Virus record (IMG/VR): IMGVR_UViG_3300042473_001540 | Span: 245,757 to 309,756 of that record | Direction: 5' to 3' (one strand) | DNA length: 64,000 bases | In this document: in pieces, positions 9,440-19,285 of the stretch | Position numbering within the stretch: the first letter of the stretch is position 1 | How the letters are laid out: each line of letters opens with the position of its first letter | Notes under the pieces: generated by a model | Told to the model about the DNA's origin: nothing | Databases searched by the model: none | The model's input: only the letters and a program-made list of their open reading frames with translations | Program-made: the position numbers and the translations under genes

Positions 9440-9706
9440 ATGAGCAAAAATCCCACTTCCAACCAAATCATCTCTTGGGTCAAAGCCGAAGCGCAAGCTC
9501 GCCTAGACAATGCTGGTTATTCTGGACGTTATGATGATGGTGGATACGGCGCTCTGCTGCGTGAGGTAGAGGCTTATCAAGCCGGCCAGGCCGGCACAGT
9601 GCCAGGCTCTTGGGAACCCATCATTGAGAAACATGTTCGGCAGCAGGATGCTGAGTATCAAGAGTATCTCAGGCTAGCCAACAAGTTTGGTCCACCAAAA
9701 AATTAA
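9440..9706 (+). CDS. hypothetical protein
   Basis: GAGG RBS before ATG 9440. Confidence 0.65.
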   Translation: MSKNPTSNQIISWVKAEAQARLDNAGYSGRYDDGGYGALLREVEAYQAGQAGTVPGSWEPIIEKHVRQQDAEYQEYLRLANKFGPPKN

Positions 9707-9764
9707 GGCTAGACATAAAACAGCATCCTGCTATAATGCCCACATAGAGAAAAGGAACCCAGCC

Positions 9765-10439
9765 GTGAGTGACGAAATTGATCGCTTGCTGAAGTTTGAC
9801 CCACTGGACACAGCTGAGCGCATGCTGGGCCGCAACAATCCCGATAGTGTCAACCTTGGTATGGCGCTGCACGTCAGCCACAACCAGCGCAAGCAAAGGG
9901 CTCTAGAGGAGTTGGGCGACACCACCTTCAGCAACCGGCTGGTTCGCTACCAGGAGATCATCACCCTCATGGGTTTTGAGTTGGCGCTGGAGCTGCCCTT
10001 TGTGGTACGGGGATACGACAGCACTGATCCCGATCGTGAAGAACGCTATTTCATCTACGCTCACCGGGACGGGCTGCTGCTGTGTTTCGACACCTTCTGC
10101 GGTGACCATGTGAACGGTGCAAAAGTCTACTACAACTGGATTCCTCACAGCGGCACAGACCGTTGGTGCTACACCAGCAGCGGGCATTTTGAGGGCTATG
10201 TAGACCAGGAAAATCCCGGTGTGTGGTGTGGCGACCATGATGCTCGCGAGGCACTGCGCCACAAGATCCAAGGCCTGCAGAGTGCTGGCGATCTCCTGCC
10301 CCAGTGGAGGCATCGTCCTTGGCTTTGGTTGCTGCACTACCAGGACACCAAGGACACCAACTACGATCATGCAGCCATCACCCAGAGCCGTATCAAGATG
10401 TGCCCCGAGTGGGTGCAAAACATGATTGGCGCAGTATGA
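9765..10439 (+). CDS. hypothetical protein
   Basis: GTG start after AAGGA; promoter 9710-9737. Confidence 0.75.
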   Translation: MSDEIDRLLKFDPLDTAERMLGRNNPDSVNLGMALHVSHNQRKQRALEELGDTTFSNRLVRYQEIITLMGFELALELPFVVRGYDSTDPDREERYFIYAHRDGLLLCFDTFCGDHVNGAKVYYNWIPHSGTDRWCYTSSGHFEGYVDQENPGVWCGDHDAREALRHKIQGLQSAGDLLPQWRHRPWLWLLHYQDTKDTNYDHAAITQSRIKMCPEWVQNMIGAV

Positions 10440-10527
10440 AGCAGCACACGTTGATCTACTGAAAAAGTCCTAGACACAACTCAGCAACCTTGCTATAGTC
10501 ACACAACAGTTGAAAGAAACACACCCT

Positions 10528-12504
10528 ATGACAGCTGATTTCCCCAGCTTCAGCACTGCTGTAGCCAATCGAGTCAAGAGCCTCAGCCAGCATGAGCTGT
10601 ATGTGGTAGAGGGTATTGACCTCTTCACCAGCTACCTGCTGAGTTTTCCCGAGGGCACTGACCCCATGTTCCGGGTTCGCACCACGCATGACTGCTCTTG
10701 CTGCAAGAACTTTGTGCGCAACATGGGCGGTGTGGTGGCTATCGTCAACGGCCGCAAGGAAAGCGTGTGGAGCGTTCCCAACCTCCCCGAGCCCTATGCC
10801 ACTGTGGCTGCGGCCATGGATGCACTAGTGCAACAGCTTCCCATCAAAAGCGTGTTCCGCACCAAGGAAACTCGCTTTGGTGCCTCACACACCTATGACA
10901 GTGACAACCGACGCTGGGACCACTTCCATGCTGAGGTGGCAACTCGTCACCGCTGTGCTCGTCCCGACGAAGAGCGAGGCAGCATCAACACCACTGCTCA
11001 AGTGCTGCGTCGCGGCCTAGACACCTTGGGTGACGACACCTTCCAGACAGTGCTGGACCTCATCGACAGCAACGCCCTCTACCGTGGTAGTGAGCACCGT
11101 CGAGCTGTGCAGGAGTTTCAAAGCCTCCAGCGTGCCTACCGTGCCTCAGGTGACGGCAGCCTGCATGTGTGGAGCAACGTCGGCAACCCTGTGGCACGCT
11201 TTCGCAACACGGTGATTGGCACGCTGATCCAGGACCTCAGTGATGGTGTGGACCTCGAGCGTGCCGTGCGCGGTTTTGAGCAGAAGGTGGCCCCCACCAA
11301 CTACAAGCGCACCACTGCACTCATCACGCCTGCCATGGTCACCAAGGCAGTGGAGAAGTTGCGTGAGCTGGATCTGGAGCGGAGCATCGAGCGGCGGTTT
11401 GCCCGACTGGAAGATGTGAGTGTCAACGACGTGCTGTTTGTGGACAACAGTGTGCAGGCACAGATGCGAGATGGTCTCACCAGCCTGCTCATGGAGGCAG
11501 TCGGCTCAGCGCCGCCCAAGAACGTGAGTGGTGTCACTGGCATCCCGGTGGCTGAGTTTGTGAGCGATGTGCTGCCCAAGGCGCGCCGAGTTGAGGTGCT
11601 GCTGAAGAATCAGCACCTGGGCAACTTTGTGAGCGTGACTGCACCTGTGCATGTGCATGTGGATGCTGGTCGGCTGTTCCGCTGGAACAACGATTTTGCG
11701 TGGAGCTATGATGGCGAGGTCGCAGACAGCATCAAGGCTCGTGTCAAGCGGGCAGGTGGCAACACCAATGCAGCACTCCGAGTGAGTTTGGCCTGGAGCA
11801 ACTATGACGACCTTGACATCCATGCTCACTGCCCTGACGGTCACATCTACTACGGCAACCCTGGGCGCATCCTGGACGTGGACATGAATGCAGGCCGAGG
11901 CACCACTCGAGAGCCTGTGGAGAACCTCAGCTGGACTCGTCCGCTTGATGGTGTCTACCGCATTCAGGTCAACCAGTTCAGTCAGCGTGAGACTGACAAC
12001 GTGGGCTTCACACTGGAGATTGAGTGCGAGGGCAAGGTCTCTCAGCTGAGCTATCCACTAGGTGTCAAAGGCACGGTGGACTGCATCACCTTCCAGATGG
12101 TGCGTGGCGAACTCACTGATCTCAAGATTGTCAACAAGTCAATCCGAGGCGGTGACGTGTCAACCCAGAAGTGGGGTGTGGCTACGGAAAACTTTGTGCC
12201 GGTCAGCACGCTGATGTGCAGTCCCAACCACTGGGAAAACGCAGGCGGTGTGGGCAACCAGCATTGGTTCTTCATCCTGGAAGGCTGCAAGAATCCCGAG
12301 GCCACTCGAGGCATCTACAACGAGTTCCTGCGAGGCGACCTCGAGCCTCATCGCAAGGTGTTTGAGGTGCTAGGCAACAAGACCAAGTGTGCACCCTCAG
12401 ATCAGCAACTCAGTGGCGTGGGCTTCTCACGTGGACGCAACGACGAGGTCACTGTGCGAGTCTCAACCAACAACTCAACTCGTGCCTACAACATCATTTT
12501 TTGA
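10528..12504 (+). CDS. large protein with N-terminal HDCSCC motif and C-terminal YfaP/DUF2135-like domain
   Basis: THDCSCCKNF; VSLAWSNYDDLDIH; LDVDMNAG; PVENL. Confidence 0.6.
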   Translation: MTADFPSFSTAVANRVKSLSQHELYVVEGIDLFTSYLLSFPEGTDPMFRVRTTHDCSCCKNFVRNMGGVVAIVNGRKESVWSVPNLPEPYATVAAAMDALVQQLPIKSVFRTKETRFGASHTYDSDNRRWDHFHAEVATRHRCARPDEERGSINTTAQVLRRGLDTLGDDTFQTVLDLIDSNALYRGSEHRRAVQEFQSLQRAYRASGDGSLHVWSNVGNPVARFRNTVIGTLIQDLSDGVDLERAVRGFEQKVAPTNYKRTTALITPAMVTKAVEKLRELDLERSIERRFARLEDVSVNDVLFVDNSVQAQMRDGLTSLLMEAVGSAPPKNVSGVTGIPVAEFVSDVLPKARRVEVLLKNQHLGNFVSVTAPVHVHVDAGRLFRWNNDFAWSYDGEVADSIKARVKRAGGNTNAALRVSLAWSNYDDLDIHAHCPDGHIYYGNPGRILDVDMNAGRGTTREPVENLSWTRPLDGVYRIQVNQFSQRETDNVGFTLEIECEGKVSQLSYPLGVKGTVDCITFQMVRGELTDLKIVNKSIRGGDVSTQKWGVATENFVPVSTLMCSPNHWENAGGVGNQHWFFILEGCKNPEATRGIYNEFLRGDLEPHRKVFEVLGNKTKCAPSDQQLSGVGFSRGRNDEVTVRVSTNNSTRAYNIIF

Positions 12505-12517
12505 AAGGACACCCAAC

Positions 12518-12922
12518 ATGAACGATCTTTTTGTTACCGCTTCTCGACAGGCTTGGCGCTTTCCCAGCACTCGTGGCGAGCTCACCACCGAGCAACTGTG
12601 GAGCATGCCACTCCTAGCCAAGAATGGCTTTGACCTCAACTCCGTGGCTCGGGGCCTCAACCAAGAGGTCAAGGACCTAGGCGAGGAAAGCTTTGTGGAA
12701 ACACGGAGCAACCCTGCTCGCTCCACTGCTGAAGGCAAGCTGGAACTGGTCAAATCCATCATCGCTGTGCGACAGGAAGAGAACCGGCTGGCCGAGCAGC
12801 GTGCCCAGCGTGCTGTGGAGCGTGCTCGCATCCTGGATGCACTGGCAGCTCGCGAATCCGAAGAGCTCACCAAGGCCAGCAAGGATGAGCTGCTGGCCCG
12901 CCTGGCCCAGCTGGACGGCTGA
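12518..12922 (+). CDS. coiled-coil hypothetical protein, partner of upstream gene
   Basis: AAGGA RBS; RFPSTRGELTTEQLWSMPL. Confidence 0.75.
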   Translation: MNDLFVTASRQAWRFPSTRGELTTEQLWSMPLLAKNGFDLNSVARGLNQEVKDLGEESFVETRSNPARSTAEGKLELVKSIIAVRQEENRLAEQRAQRAVERARILDALAARESEELTKASKDELLARLAQLDG

Positions 12923-12928
12923 TTGCTC

Positions 12929-12963
12929 AAGTGAGGGGTGTGACCGTGCCCCTCACTTTTTCT
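12929..12963 (+). terminator. rho-independent terminator
   Basis: AAGTGAGGGG/CCCCTCACTT stem followed by T tract. Confidence 0.85.
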
Positions 12964-13019
12964 CTTGACTCAGTCTATGTCTGTGCTACTATGCCTATTG
13001 ACACGCAAGAGGTGAGAAC

Positions 13020-13715
13020 GTGAGCCTGATCAACAAGCGTATTGCAGACAGCATCCGACGCTACCCCACTCTTTATCGCTGCCGTACTGATGTGCTGGAA
13101 CAGTGGTTTTGTGTGATTGGCAATGGCATGGAATGGCAGGATGGACAGCTAGTGAGCATATTTGACGAGCCACCTTTGCGCACTGTGGAACAGCTGGTAG
13201 CAGAAAACACCAAGTGGATGAGAGAGCGGCTGGAGGAAGATGCCAACGAGATGGATGCCTCTACTTTGGCTCGATATCGTGTGATGATCCAGCAGGAGAG
13301 CATGCGGATTAGGGCCACCGTCGAAAATGCCAATGATCTGGCACTAGTGGAGTGGAGCCACAACACACCGACCAGGCTCAGAGACAGCTTCTCAGCCAAA
13401 AGCATTTATCCTCTCTGTGCCTACAGCCGGATGAGCCAGGTGCCAGATGATGTTGACCCCGAATGGCTTGCAGCAGTGCGTGAGATGATTTTTGTAGTGT
13501 TTCGCAGTGAGCCTGACCAGTATGGATTTGACCCTGAAACCAATGCGAAACAGCACGAGGCCAACATCCAGTTTGCGAGCCAAACTTCGGCTCACTTGGC
13601 TCAACGTTTTGGTGATGGTGGTCGGCCAGCCAGCTATGAATCTTGGTGCTCACGCCAACGGGCATTCAACATCAAGGTCAAGGCAATGATTCAAGACATT
13701 TTGACAGGAGTGTAA
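13020..13715 (+). CDS. hypothetical protein
   Basis: GTG start after GAGG; promoter 12965-12992. Confidence 0.7.
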   Translation: MSLINKRIADSIRRYPTLYRCRTDVLEQWFCVIGNGMEWQDGQLVSIFDEPPLRTVEQLVAENTKWMRERLEEDANEMDASTLARYRVMIQQESMRIRATVENANDLALVEWSHNTPTRLRDSFSAKSIYPLCAYSRMSQVPDDVDPEWLAAVREMIFVVFRSEPDQYGFDPETNAKQHEANIQFASQTSAHLAQRFGDGGRPASYESWCSRQRAFNIKVKAMIQDILTGV

Positions 13716-13718
13716 ACC

Positions 13719-14201
13719 GTGCAAGTCAACAGTGATCAATGGTATGTGAAGTGGTTCCTATGGAACTGCAATATTCTGGACCGGTGGCTCAATCCAGGAT
13801 ACGCTAGTCGACGAGTAGAGAGGGCTATGAATAAGGGCACCGACCTCTGCACCTTCTTCCGCACAATCCTGCTGGGCACCCTGGTGGCCCTGCTGAACTT
13901 GGCTGTGTGGGCGTGGGTGGCGTTTGTGATGCTGGTGATGCCCTTCCTGCTGTTCAATGTCACAACGGTGGCCATGACTGTGGGACTTTTTGTTGGTGTG
14001 TTTGCTGCCGCTATGTTGGTGGCAACGGCTGTTGTGGGAGCACCTGAGGCCATCCGGTGGGTGGCAAGAAAGACCAGCAGCGCAGTCAAGAAAGCTCCTC
14101 AGCGTGCGCCCACATTCCTACAGGTGTTTGGGCGCTATCTCATTGGCGTCAAACAGCGTTTTTGCCCCACCATCACCATTAAGGACAACAACAATGATTA
14201 A
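13719..14201 (+). CDS. membrane protein
   Basis: Two hydrophobic helices. Confidence 0.7.
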   Translation: MQVNSDQWYVKWFLWNCNILDRWLNPGYASRRVERAMNKGTDLCTFFRTILLGTLVALLNLAVWAWVAFVMLVMPFLLFNVTTVAMTVGLFVGVFAAAMLVATAVVGAPEAIRWVARKTSSAVKKAPQRAPTFLQVFGRYLIGVKQRFCPTITIKDNNND

Positions 14202-14523
14202 CATCATCCGCAACGGCAGCTTTTTGATCCCCCCAATGGGAGCAGTGGTGGCTGTGGCTGTCACCAGCCTGGCGCTGTTTTTCATGGTCCTAGGCAGCAA
14301 AGAAACTCGAGTGCGAACCTCTGACGCACGGTGTGAGGTGGGCGAAGTTGTCAGCGGCAGCGAGACCATCCGCGTCAAGCTGCTGTGTGATGAGGCGGGT
14401 GAGAAGACAGCCACCAGCACCGGCCAGGCCGAAACTGTGCTGGCCATCCTCAAAACCAACCCCGCCACTGTGGTGTGCAATGTCATGCATACTGGCTGGG
14501 CACGGGACTGCCGCGTGCCCTAA
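14194..14523 (+). CDS. membrane-anchored hypothetical protein
   Basis: N-terminal hydrophobic helix, AAGGA RBS. Confidence 0.65.
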   Translation: MINIIRNGSFLIPPMGAVVAVAVTSLALFFMVLGSKETRVRTSDARCEVGEVVSGSETIRVKLLCDEAGEKTATSTGQAETVLAILKTNPATVVCNVMHTGWARDCRVP

Positions 14524-14535
14524 AGGATAGAGTAG

Positions 14536-14727
14536 ATGGTAAGGATCATTGGCAAGGACGAGCGGGAGATGCGGCGTGTGACCTGTCGGTTCTGCGCCAG
14601 CATTTTGGAGTACACCCAGAGCGAGACCACCACACGGTGGGTAGGAGACTACAGCGGTGACCGTGAGCAGATTAGAGAGCTGGCTTGCCCGGGATGCGGC
14701 AACAAAATTCCGGTGAAATTTTATTGA
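14536..14727 (+). CDS. small Zn-ribbon protein
   Basis: CRFC...CPGC. Confidence 0.7.
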   Translation: MVRIIGKDEREMRRVTCRFCASILEYTQSETTTRWVGDYSGDREQIRELACPGCGNKIPVKFY

Positions 14728-14786
14728 AAATTCCAGTTGACACCTCTGTGATTTGTGCTATTATCCAGGCGTAGAGCAAAGGCTAG

Positions 14787-15104
14787 GTGATGCCAAACGA
14801 GTGCCCAGACTGTGACAGCATGTGGTGCAGACAGCGTGGCTGCCAAGGCAGCATTCCACAACTTCCCCCATATGAGGAGATCCGTCCCATGACCAAGCGT
14901 TTTACCATCGAGCGTGTGATCAAGGTCTATGATGAGGACACCGGTAACCACTTTTATGTGGGTCCCGATGCTGACGGACTTGATGGTATGGAGATTCGAG
15001 ATGTCAATAGCGAGGGCAAGATTGACGCTCGCTTCTTCATAGGGCGCGAGCAAGCTGTGCTGGTGGCACAGGCCATCCTCGAGCTATATGGGGACAAGCA
15101 GTGA
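14787..15104 (+). CDS. hypothetical protein (true start may be 14889)
   Basis: Promoter 14737-14764; GAGGAG before ATG 14889. Confidence 0.6.
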   Translation: MMPNECPDCDSMWCRQRGCQGSIPQLPPYEEIRPMTKRFTIERVIKVYDEDTGNHFYVGPDADGLDGMEIRDVNSEGKIDARFFIGREQAVLVAQAILELYGDKQ

Positions 15105-15337
15105 GCCGGGCTGCACTCAAGCCCAAGCTTGATGATCAGGATCTTGCAGAGATCCGCAAGGATCACGATTGGTGGATGGCAGCCGCTCCTCCCAACTGCG
15201 TGTTGATTGGGTGGACCGATCGAGAAAGCGCAGTGTTTCAACAGGGTCCTGGTCCGTTTCCCAAAACCATCACCATTCCTGGTGTGGCAGCCGAATACAT
15301 CCACACTCTTCTCAAAGGCAAGGAACTCACACCATGA
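15101..15337 (+). CDS. hypothetical protein
   Basis: GTGA overlap with upstream stop. Confidence 0.6.
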   Translation: MSRAALKPKLDDQDLAEIRKDHDWWMAAAPPNCVLIGWTDRESAVFQQGPGPFPKTITIPGVAAEYIHTLLKGKELTP

Positions 15338-15690
15338 GCAAGCCCAATGCTAGAGACCGGCGCACTGTTGAACGTCGTCGTGATCTTGACCAATACAGCG
15401 GACCTTACCGTCTAGAGGACCTACCTGAGCTGCAACATGGTGCTGTATTGGTTCTTGACAGCTGGTATGATGAAACCTCAGTGTATCTTGCCTGGGAAGA
15501 GCTAGAGAGTGAGGAAGAGTGGAGGGCTCGAGTCAAAAAGCTCGATGCGGCTGCTGCTCGTCGCGCCCAGAATCCCACACCACGCAAAAGCAAGGAGCAG
15601 AGGCTGCTGGAGCAGGCTCGCCAAAAGCTCACGCCAGAAGAGTTGGCTGCCTTGGTTCGAGATGCCAGGAATAGCTTGACAATGTCCTAA
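15334..15690 (+). CDS. hypothetical protein
   Basis: ATGA overlap; AAGGA RBS. Confidence 0.65.
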   Translation: MSKPNARDRRTVERRRDLDQYSGPYRLEDLPELQHGAVLVLDSWYDETSVYLAWEELESEEEWRARVKKLDAAAARRAQNPTPRKSKEQRLLEQARQKLTPEELAALVRDARNSLTMS

Positions 15691-15726
15691 AGCCTGCTAT
15701 AGTGGTCACACAAACGAGGAAAGCTC

Positions 15727-15954
15727 ATGAATCACCAGCAGGACAGAGATCTACAAGTTTGGCTTGTCACGCTCGATGGAACTCAACAGGCCCATAATGT
15801 GGTTGTTGAGCTCAAGAAACTAGGATTCTTGCAGTTGACGGTAATGGATGCAATTGGCGTGATCACCGGCAGGGCAGATCAGTCTATTGCCGAGGCAGCT
15901 CGCATCCTCCCGGGTGTTTTGGATGTGGAACCAGAAACTCCAGTGTCAGTTTGA
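15727..15954 (+). CDS. small hypothetical protein
   Basis: GAGGA RBS; promoter 15676-15703. Confidence 0.7.
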   Translation: MNHQQDRDLQVWLVTLDGTQQAHNVVVELKKLGFLQLTVMDAIGVITGRADQSIAEAARILPGVLDVEPETPVSV

Positions 15955-15975
15955 TATCTCAAGGAGTACCGGATA

Positions 15976-16194
15976 GTGCAGGACGTATTTGGTCAGGATT
16001 TGAACGTTGGCGATAAGGTGGCTCTGACCCCGCACGGATACAAGAGCCTGGTTGTTGGCACGATTGTAGGATTCACAGCACAGCAGGTGCGAGTCAGCTA
16101 TGAGCGACGACGCCGGTATGGCGATACGGAGGAGACCACAATCCTTCGACCTCCCGGTGATTTGGTCAAAGCCCCAGAACATTTTACCTCTTGA
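15976..16194 (+). CDS. small SH3/KOW-like beta-barrel protein
   Basis: DVFGQDLNVGDKVA..GTIVGFT pattern; AAGGAG RBS. Confidence 0.6.
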   Translation: MQDVFGQDLNVGDKVALTPHGYKSLVVGTIVGFTAQQVRVSYERRRRYGDTEETTILRPPGDLVKAPEHFTS

Positions 16195-16218
16195 CATTCA
16201 GCTCGAGTCTGCTATAAT
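16191..16218 (+). promoter_or_regulatory. sigma70-type early promoter
   Basis: TTGACA-N16-TATAAT. Confidence 0.85.
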
Positions 16219-16243
16219 CCCCACATCAAGCGAGGACAGCACC

Positions 16244-16513
16244 ATGTCAATCAACACCAGTGAGCTTTGGGTTGTGGTCTATATCCACAATAATCCCTAC
16301 AGCTTTGACACTGGCATGCCGGACACGGTCTACCTCAAGCGGGAGGAGGCTGAAGCTGCCTGCCGTGAGCTCAACAGCATGCCCAAAACTTTCAGTTGGG
16401 AACGCGAAAATCCCTATTCTGCTGAAAGCCTGTATGATCGCATGCTGACTATTCGGGACGAGAGTCGGCGAGAAGGTGAGCGAGACGAGCGTCGCAACGC
16501 TGACGGCTACTAG
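16244..16513 (+). CDS. hypothetical protein
   Basis: GAGGA RBS. Confidence 0.7.
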   Translation: MSINTSELWVVVYIHNNPYSFDTGMPDTVYLKREEAEAACRELNSMPKTFSWERENPYSAESLYDRMLTIRDESRREGERDERRNADGY

Positions 16514-16521
16514 GGGGAAAA

Positions 16522-16746
16522 GTGACCATCAACCGCAAGGCGTTTCAAACACCACAGAAAACTTGGCATGCAGTCAAGTGGACTCGCAAGGGGCGAGGAT
16601 CCTACACTGATTTCGAAGCGGCCAAAAGGTGGTGCAACGCTCATGCTGGAGTCTACAGAGGTGACTGGTGTTACCATTATGGCCCTTGGGAATTCAAGTT
16701 TCGCGACCCCGCTATAGCCTTGATGTTTCAACTTACATGGTGCTAG
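16522..16746 (+). CDS. small protein of the F....(D)A..F.L.W paralog family
   Basis: C-terminus FKFRDPAIALMFQLTWC. Confidence 0.65.
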   Translation: MTINRKAFQTPQKTWHAVKWTRKGRGSYTDFEAAKRWCNAHAGVYRGDWCYHYGPWEFKFRDPAIALMFQLTWC

Positions 16747-16747
16747 T

Positions 16748-17002
16748 ATGAAATGGGAATGGACTCTGTCCGTAGTTGCTGAGCGTGATGCCTCAGGCAA
16801 GCGTCGTCGACTTGAGGAGCATGAGACAGCCGTGGAGGTGCAAGATGGTGGACAGGCACAGCTTGTGGAGTTTGCAAACACCAGTGAGACCGGGCTGTTT
16901 GTGCGCTTGCAGAGCTGGGATGATCAGCGCGAGCATACCGAAATGGCTCAGTTGCTGAACAAGCGAGTGCGAGTCACTGTGGAGGTGCTGGACGATGAAT
17001 GA
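16748..17002 (+). CDS. hypothetical protein
   Basis: ORF packed between neighbours. Confidence 0.6.
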   Translation: MKWEWTLSVVAERDASGKRRRLEEHETAVEVQDGGQAQLVEFANTSETGLFVRLQSWDDQREHTEMAQLLNKRVRVTVEVLDDE

Positions 17003-17309
17003 AGTTTCAAAGATGATTTGTGTGGGCATGATCCTGGCTTCAAAAAAGCGCAAGCCTGACAGCTTGTTTGTGGTCACGCATCTCTATCAGCGAGAGTACG
17101 CCAATGGTAATCTCGCTGATAGAGCAACAGGATTGATAATTAGCAAAAAGCGTGACCCTGAACCTTGGCTCGAAACTCGGGCTCACGGTGCTCCCCCTCC
17201 GGGGATTGATGGGAGTGAGCTCCGCGACCTAGATGTTAGAAGTCTCGAGCAGATGTTTCCCCATGTGTGGTTTGATCCAGTTGTGCCAGAGCATGAGGAA
17301 GACAAGTGA
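16995..17309 (+). CDS. hypothetical protein
   Basis: Overlaps upstream stop; GGAGG RBS. Confidence 0.6.
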   Translation: MNEVSKMICVGMILASKKRKPDSLFVVTHLYQREYANGNLADRATGLIISKKRDPEPWLETRAHGAPPPGIDGSELRDLDVRSLEQMFPHVWFDPVVPEHEEDK

Positions 17310-17373
17310 ATTTTTCTGGTTGACAATCTTCTCTAGGCTGCTACAATGGCGGGGCAAGCAAGGAGCTAGAGCG

Positions 17374-17529
17374 ATGGACGACCTCAGCAAACTGATTGGG
17401 CGCACTGTAGCCAAAGCCGAAATGTTTGGAGACGGTTATTTCCGGCTCACGTTTGAGGACGGAAGCGAGCTGGATGTGATGGCGCACGGCACTGAGCCGC
17501 AGTGGTTGAGTGTTGACTTCACCGATTGA
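17374..17529 (+). CDS. small protein, paralog of 19124-19285
   Basis: LIGRTV..FGDGYFRLTFEDGSEL..WLSVD; promoter 17320-17347. Confidence 0.7.
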   Translation: MDDLSKLIGRTVAKAEMFGDGYFRLTFEDGSELDVMAHGTEPQWLSVDFTD

Positions 17530-17579
17530 CAGAGCAGTAGCCTTCAGCTAGTATGCGCTACCAAAAGAGGAGTTGTGCT

Positions 17580-17888
17580 ATGCAGTTTGTTGTTATTGAT
17601 CTCAAGACTCGCTGCCTGGTGAAGCATCCGCGCACTCGGAAGGAAACCTACAGCACTGAGCGTGCTGCCAAAGCGGCGAAGACCCGCTTGACCAAAATTG
17701 ATATGGACGCCTATCTCGCAGGCAAAAAGTATCCTCGCTCCGACTATGAGGTTATGGACGAGGCAACATACAAGGCACAGGTGCCCATGCGGGAGGTCAC
17801 TAATCTTATGACGGGAGCCACCGTGCTCGAGCGTGCTGACACACCGTGGCACTGTTCAGTCGGTAGTGAGAGTTACTGGAGCAGCTGA
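17580..17888 (+). CDS. hypothetical protein
   Basis: GAGGAG RBS; promoter 17526-17554. Confidence 0.7.
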   Translation: MQFVVIDLKTRCLVKHPRTRKETYSTERAAKAAKTRLTKIDMDAYLAGKKYPRSDYEVMDEATYKAQVPMREVTNLMTGATVLERADTPWHCSVGSESYWSS

Positions 17889-17889
17889 C

Positions 17890-18207
17890 GTGAGTAAACT
17901 GGTGACAGATGGTCATGTGGCTGTGCTCTACAGCCCAGGTTTTGGATCATGTTGGTATGACCCCAGCTTTCCCTCCTGCCTAACTGATCCCGCAGTAGTA
18001 GATTGGGTGATGGCGGGAAAACCCAAAAGCCAATTGAGAGAAATTATAACCTATCTCGCTCTAGCTTACGGTGAGGAATTCGGGATTGGCGGGTTGGATC
18101 AGCTCGCAGTCTCATGGATCCCTGAGGGCACACGGTTTGTGGTGCATGACTATGATGGCAGCGAATATATCTTGCGAGAAGATAAAATGCCGTGGAGTGT
18201 GGCATAA
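17890..18207 (+). CDS. conserved-type phage hypothetical protein
   Basis: VAVLYSPGFGSCW..WIPEGTRFVVHDYDGSE pattern. Confidence 0.7.
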   Translation: MSKLVTDGHVAVLYSPGFGSCWYDPSFPSCLTDPAVVDWVMAGKPKSQLREIITYLALAYGEEFGIGGLDQLAVSWIPEGTRFVVHDYDGSEYILREDKMPWSVA

Positions 18208-18301
18208 TCCAGAAAAAACTGGTTGACTGAAACCAAAACTTTGCTAATATGTGAGCACGCAAGCAGCAGGGGCTGGTTGCACAACAGGAAAGAAGGTTAC
18301 A

Positions 18302-18532
18302 ATGGGTATCAGCACTGAACTGGCTCGGAAGATCCTCTCGGACGAGATCGACATCTATGATGCGGTGGCATATGGTGAAGGCTGCACCAACGAGGAGCAT
18401 AACTACCTGCAGAACATGTATGACGAGATTGCTGCTGAGCACTTCCTGCATCGGGACGATGCCTCTGAAGAGATCATGGAACGCATCTACGATTGCATTT
18501 ATGACGACTTTGGCGAGGAGGCTGTGGCGTAA
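18302..18532 (+). CDS. highly acidic small protein
   Basis: 21 D/E versus 4 K/R in 76 aa (hand count); promoter 18223-18250. Confidence 0.7.
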   Translation: MGISTELARKILSDEIDIYDAVAYGEGCTNEEHNYLQNMYDEIAAEHFLHRDDASEEIMERIYDCIYDDFGEEAVA

Positions 18533-18576
18533 CAGCCACACCCACCACAGCAACAAGCAGAACTGAGGTACCAAAA

Positions 18577-18858
18577 ATGAACACGCAAACTTCTGTTTCC
18601 GAATGCCTCCAGGAAGCTGACGAGGTGATCCAGAGCCTGAAGGAAGCAGGCTATGACTACAGCCACAAGCGTGCCGAGATTGCTCTGCTGTTTGATACTC
18701 AGCTCTACAACGGCAACTGGGACTGCACCACGGACTTTGACGATGGTACCCCGGACCTCCGATTGATCCAGGAGGACGAGTATGACCAGCACATGGATGA
18801 TGAGGACAAGCCTGACTCAGTCACCTATGCTGCCGGGCACTATGTGATGCTGGCCTAG
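18577..18858 (+). CDS. highly acidic small protein
   Basis: 22 D/E versus 5 K/R in 93 aa (hand count); GAGGT RBS. Confidence 0.7.
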   Translation: MNTQTSVSECLQEADEVIQSLKEAGYDYSHKRAEIALLFDTQLYNGNWDCTTDFDDGTPDLRLIQEDEYDQHMDDEDKPDSVTYAAGHYVMLA

Positions 18859-18868
18859 GAACACAAAA

Positions 18869-19111
18869 ATGATAGCCACCATCACACTTTGGACCATGCT
18901 GCTGTGGGCCGAATCTCGAGCATCCAGCAGTTCCTTGGAATCTACCCAGATAAATGGGTTTGCGACCCAAGAGGCGTGTTTGACCGCCCTGGCACAAATC
19001 ACCGGGATCAACAAGCGTCTCCAAAATGAGAGAGGGAGTGCAAGGTCAGGCGAGACTGGTGTGGACTTCAAGCTGACGATGTGCATTCCTGTCGAAACTC
19101 CCAAGAGTTGA
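18869..19111 (+). CDS. small protein with hydrophobic N-terminus
   Basis: AGGA RBS; two Cys. Confidence 0.55.
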   Translation: MIATITLWTMLLWAESRASSSSLESTQINGFATQEACLTALAQITGINKRLQNERGSARSGETGVDFKLTMCIPVETPKS

Positions 19112-19123
19112 TGGAGACAGCAA

Positions 19124-19285
19124 ATGTGGGACGAAGAGCTTAGGAAGTTTGTGGGTCGCACTGTGGAGAGCATCACTCGCTATGGTGATGAGTATCTCGA
19201 GATTCGCTTTGATGATGGCACCTGTCTCACTGTGGGCTCTCGGGGCAGTGAGGAAAGTTGGCTGGATGTAGATTCTTTGGGTTGA
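19124..19285 (+). CDS. small protein (53 aa, not in ORF track), paralog of 17374-17529
   Basis: FVGRTV..YGDEYLEIRFDDGTCL..WLDVD; GGAG RBS. Confidence 0.7.
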   Translation: MWDEELRKFVGRTVESITRYGDEYLEIRFDDGTCLTVGSRGSEESWLDVDSLG

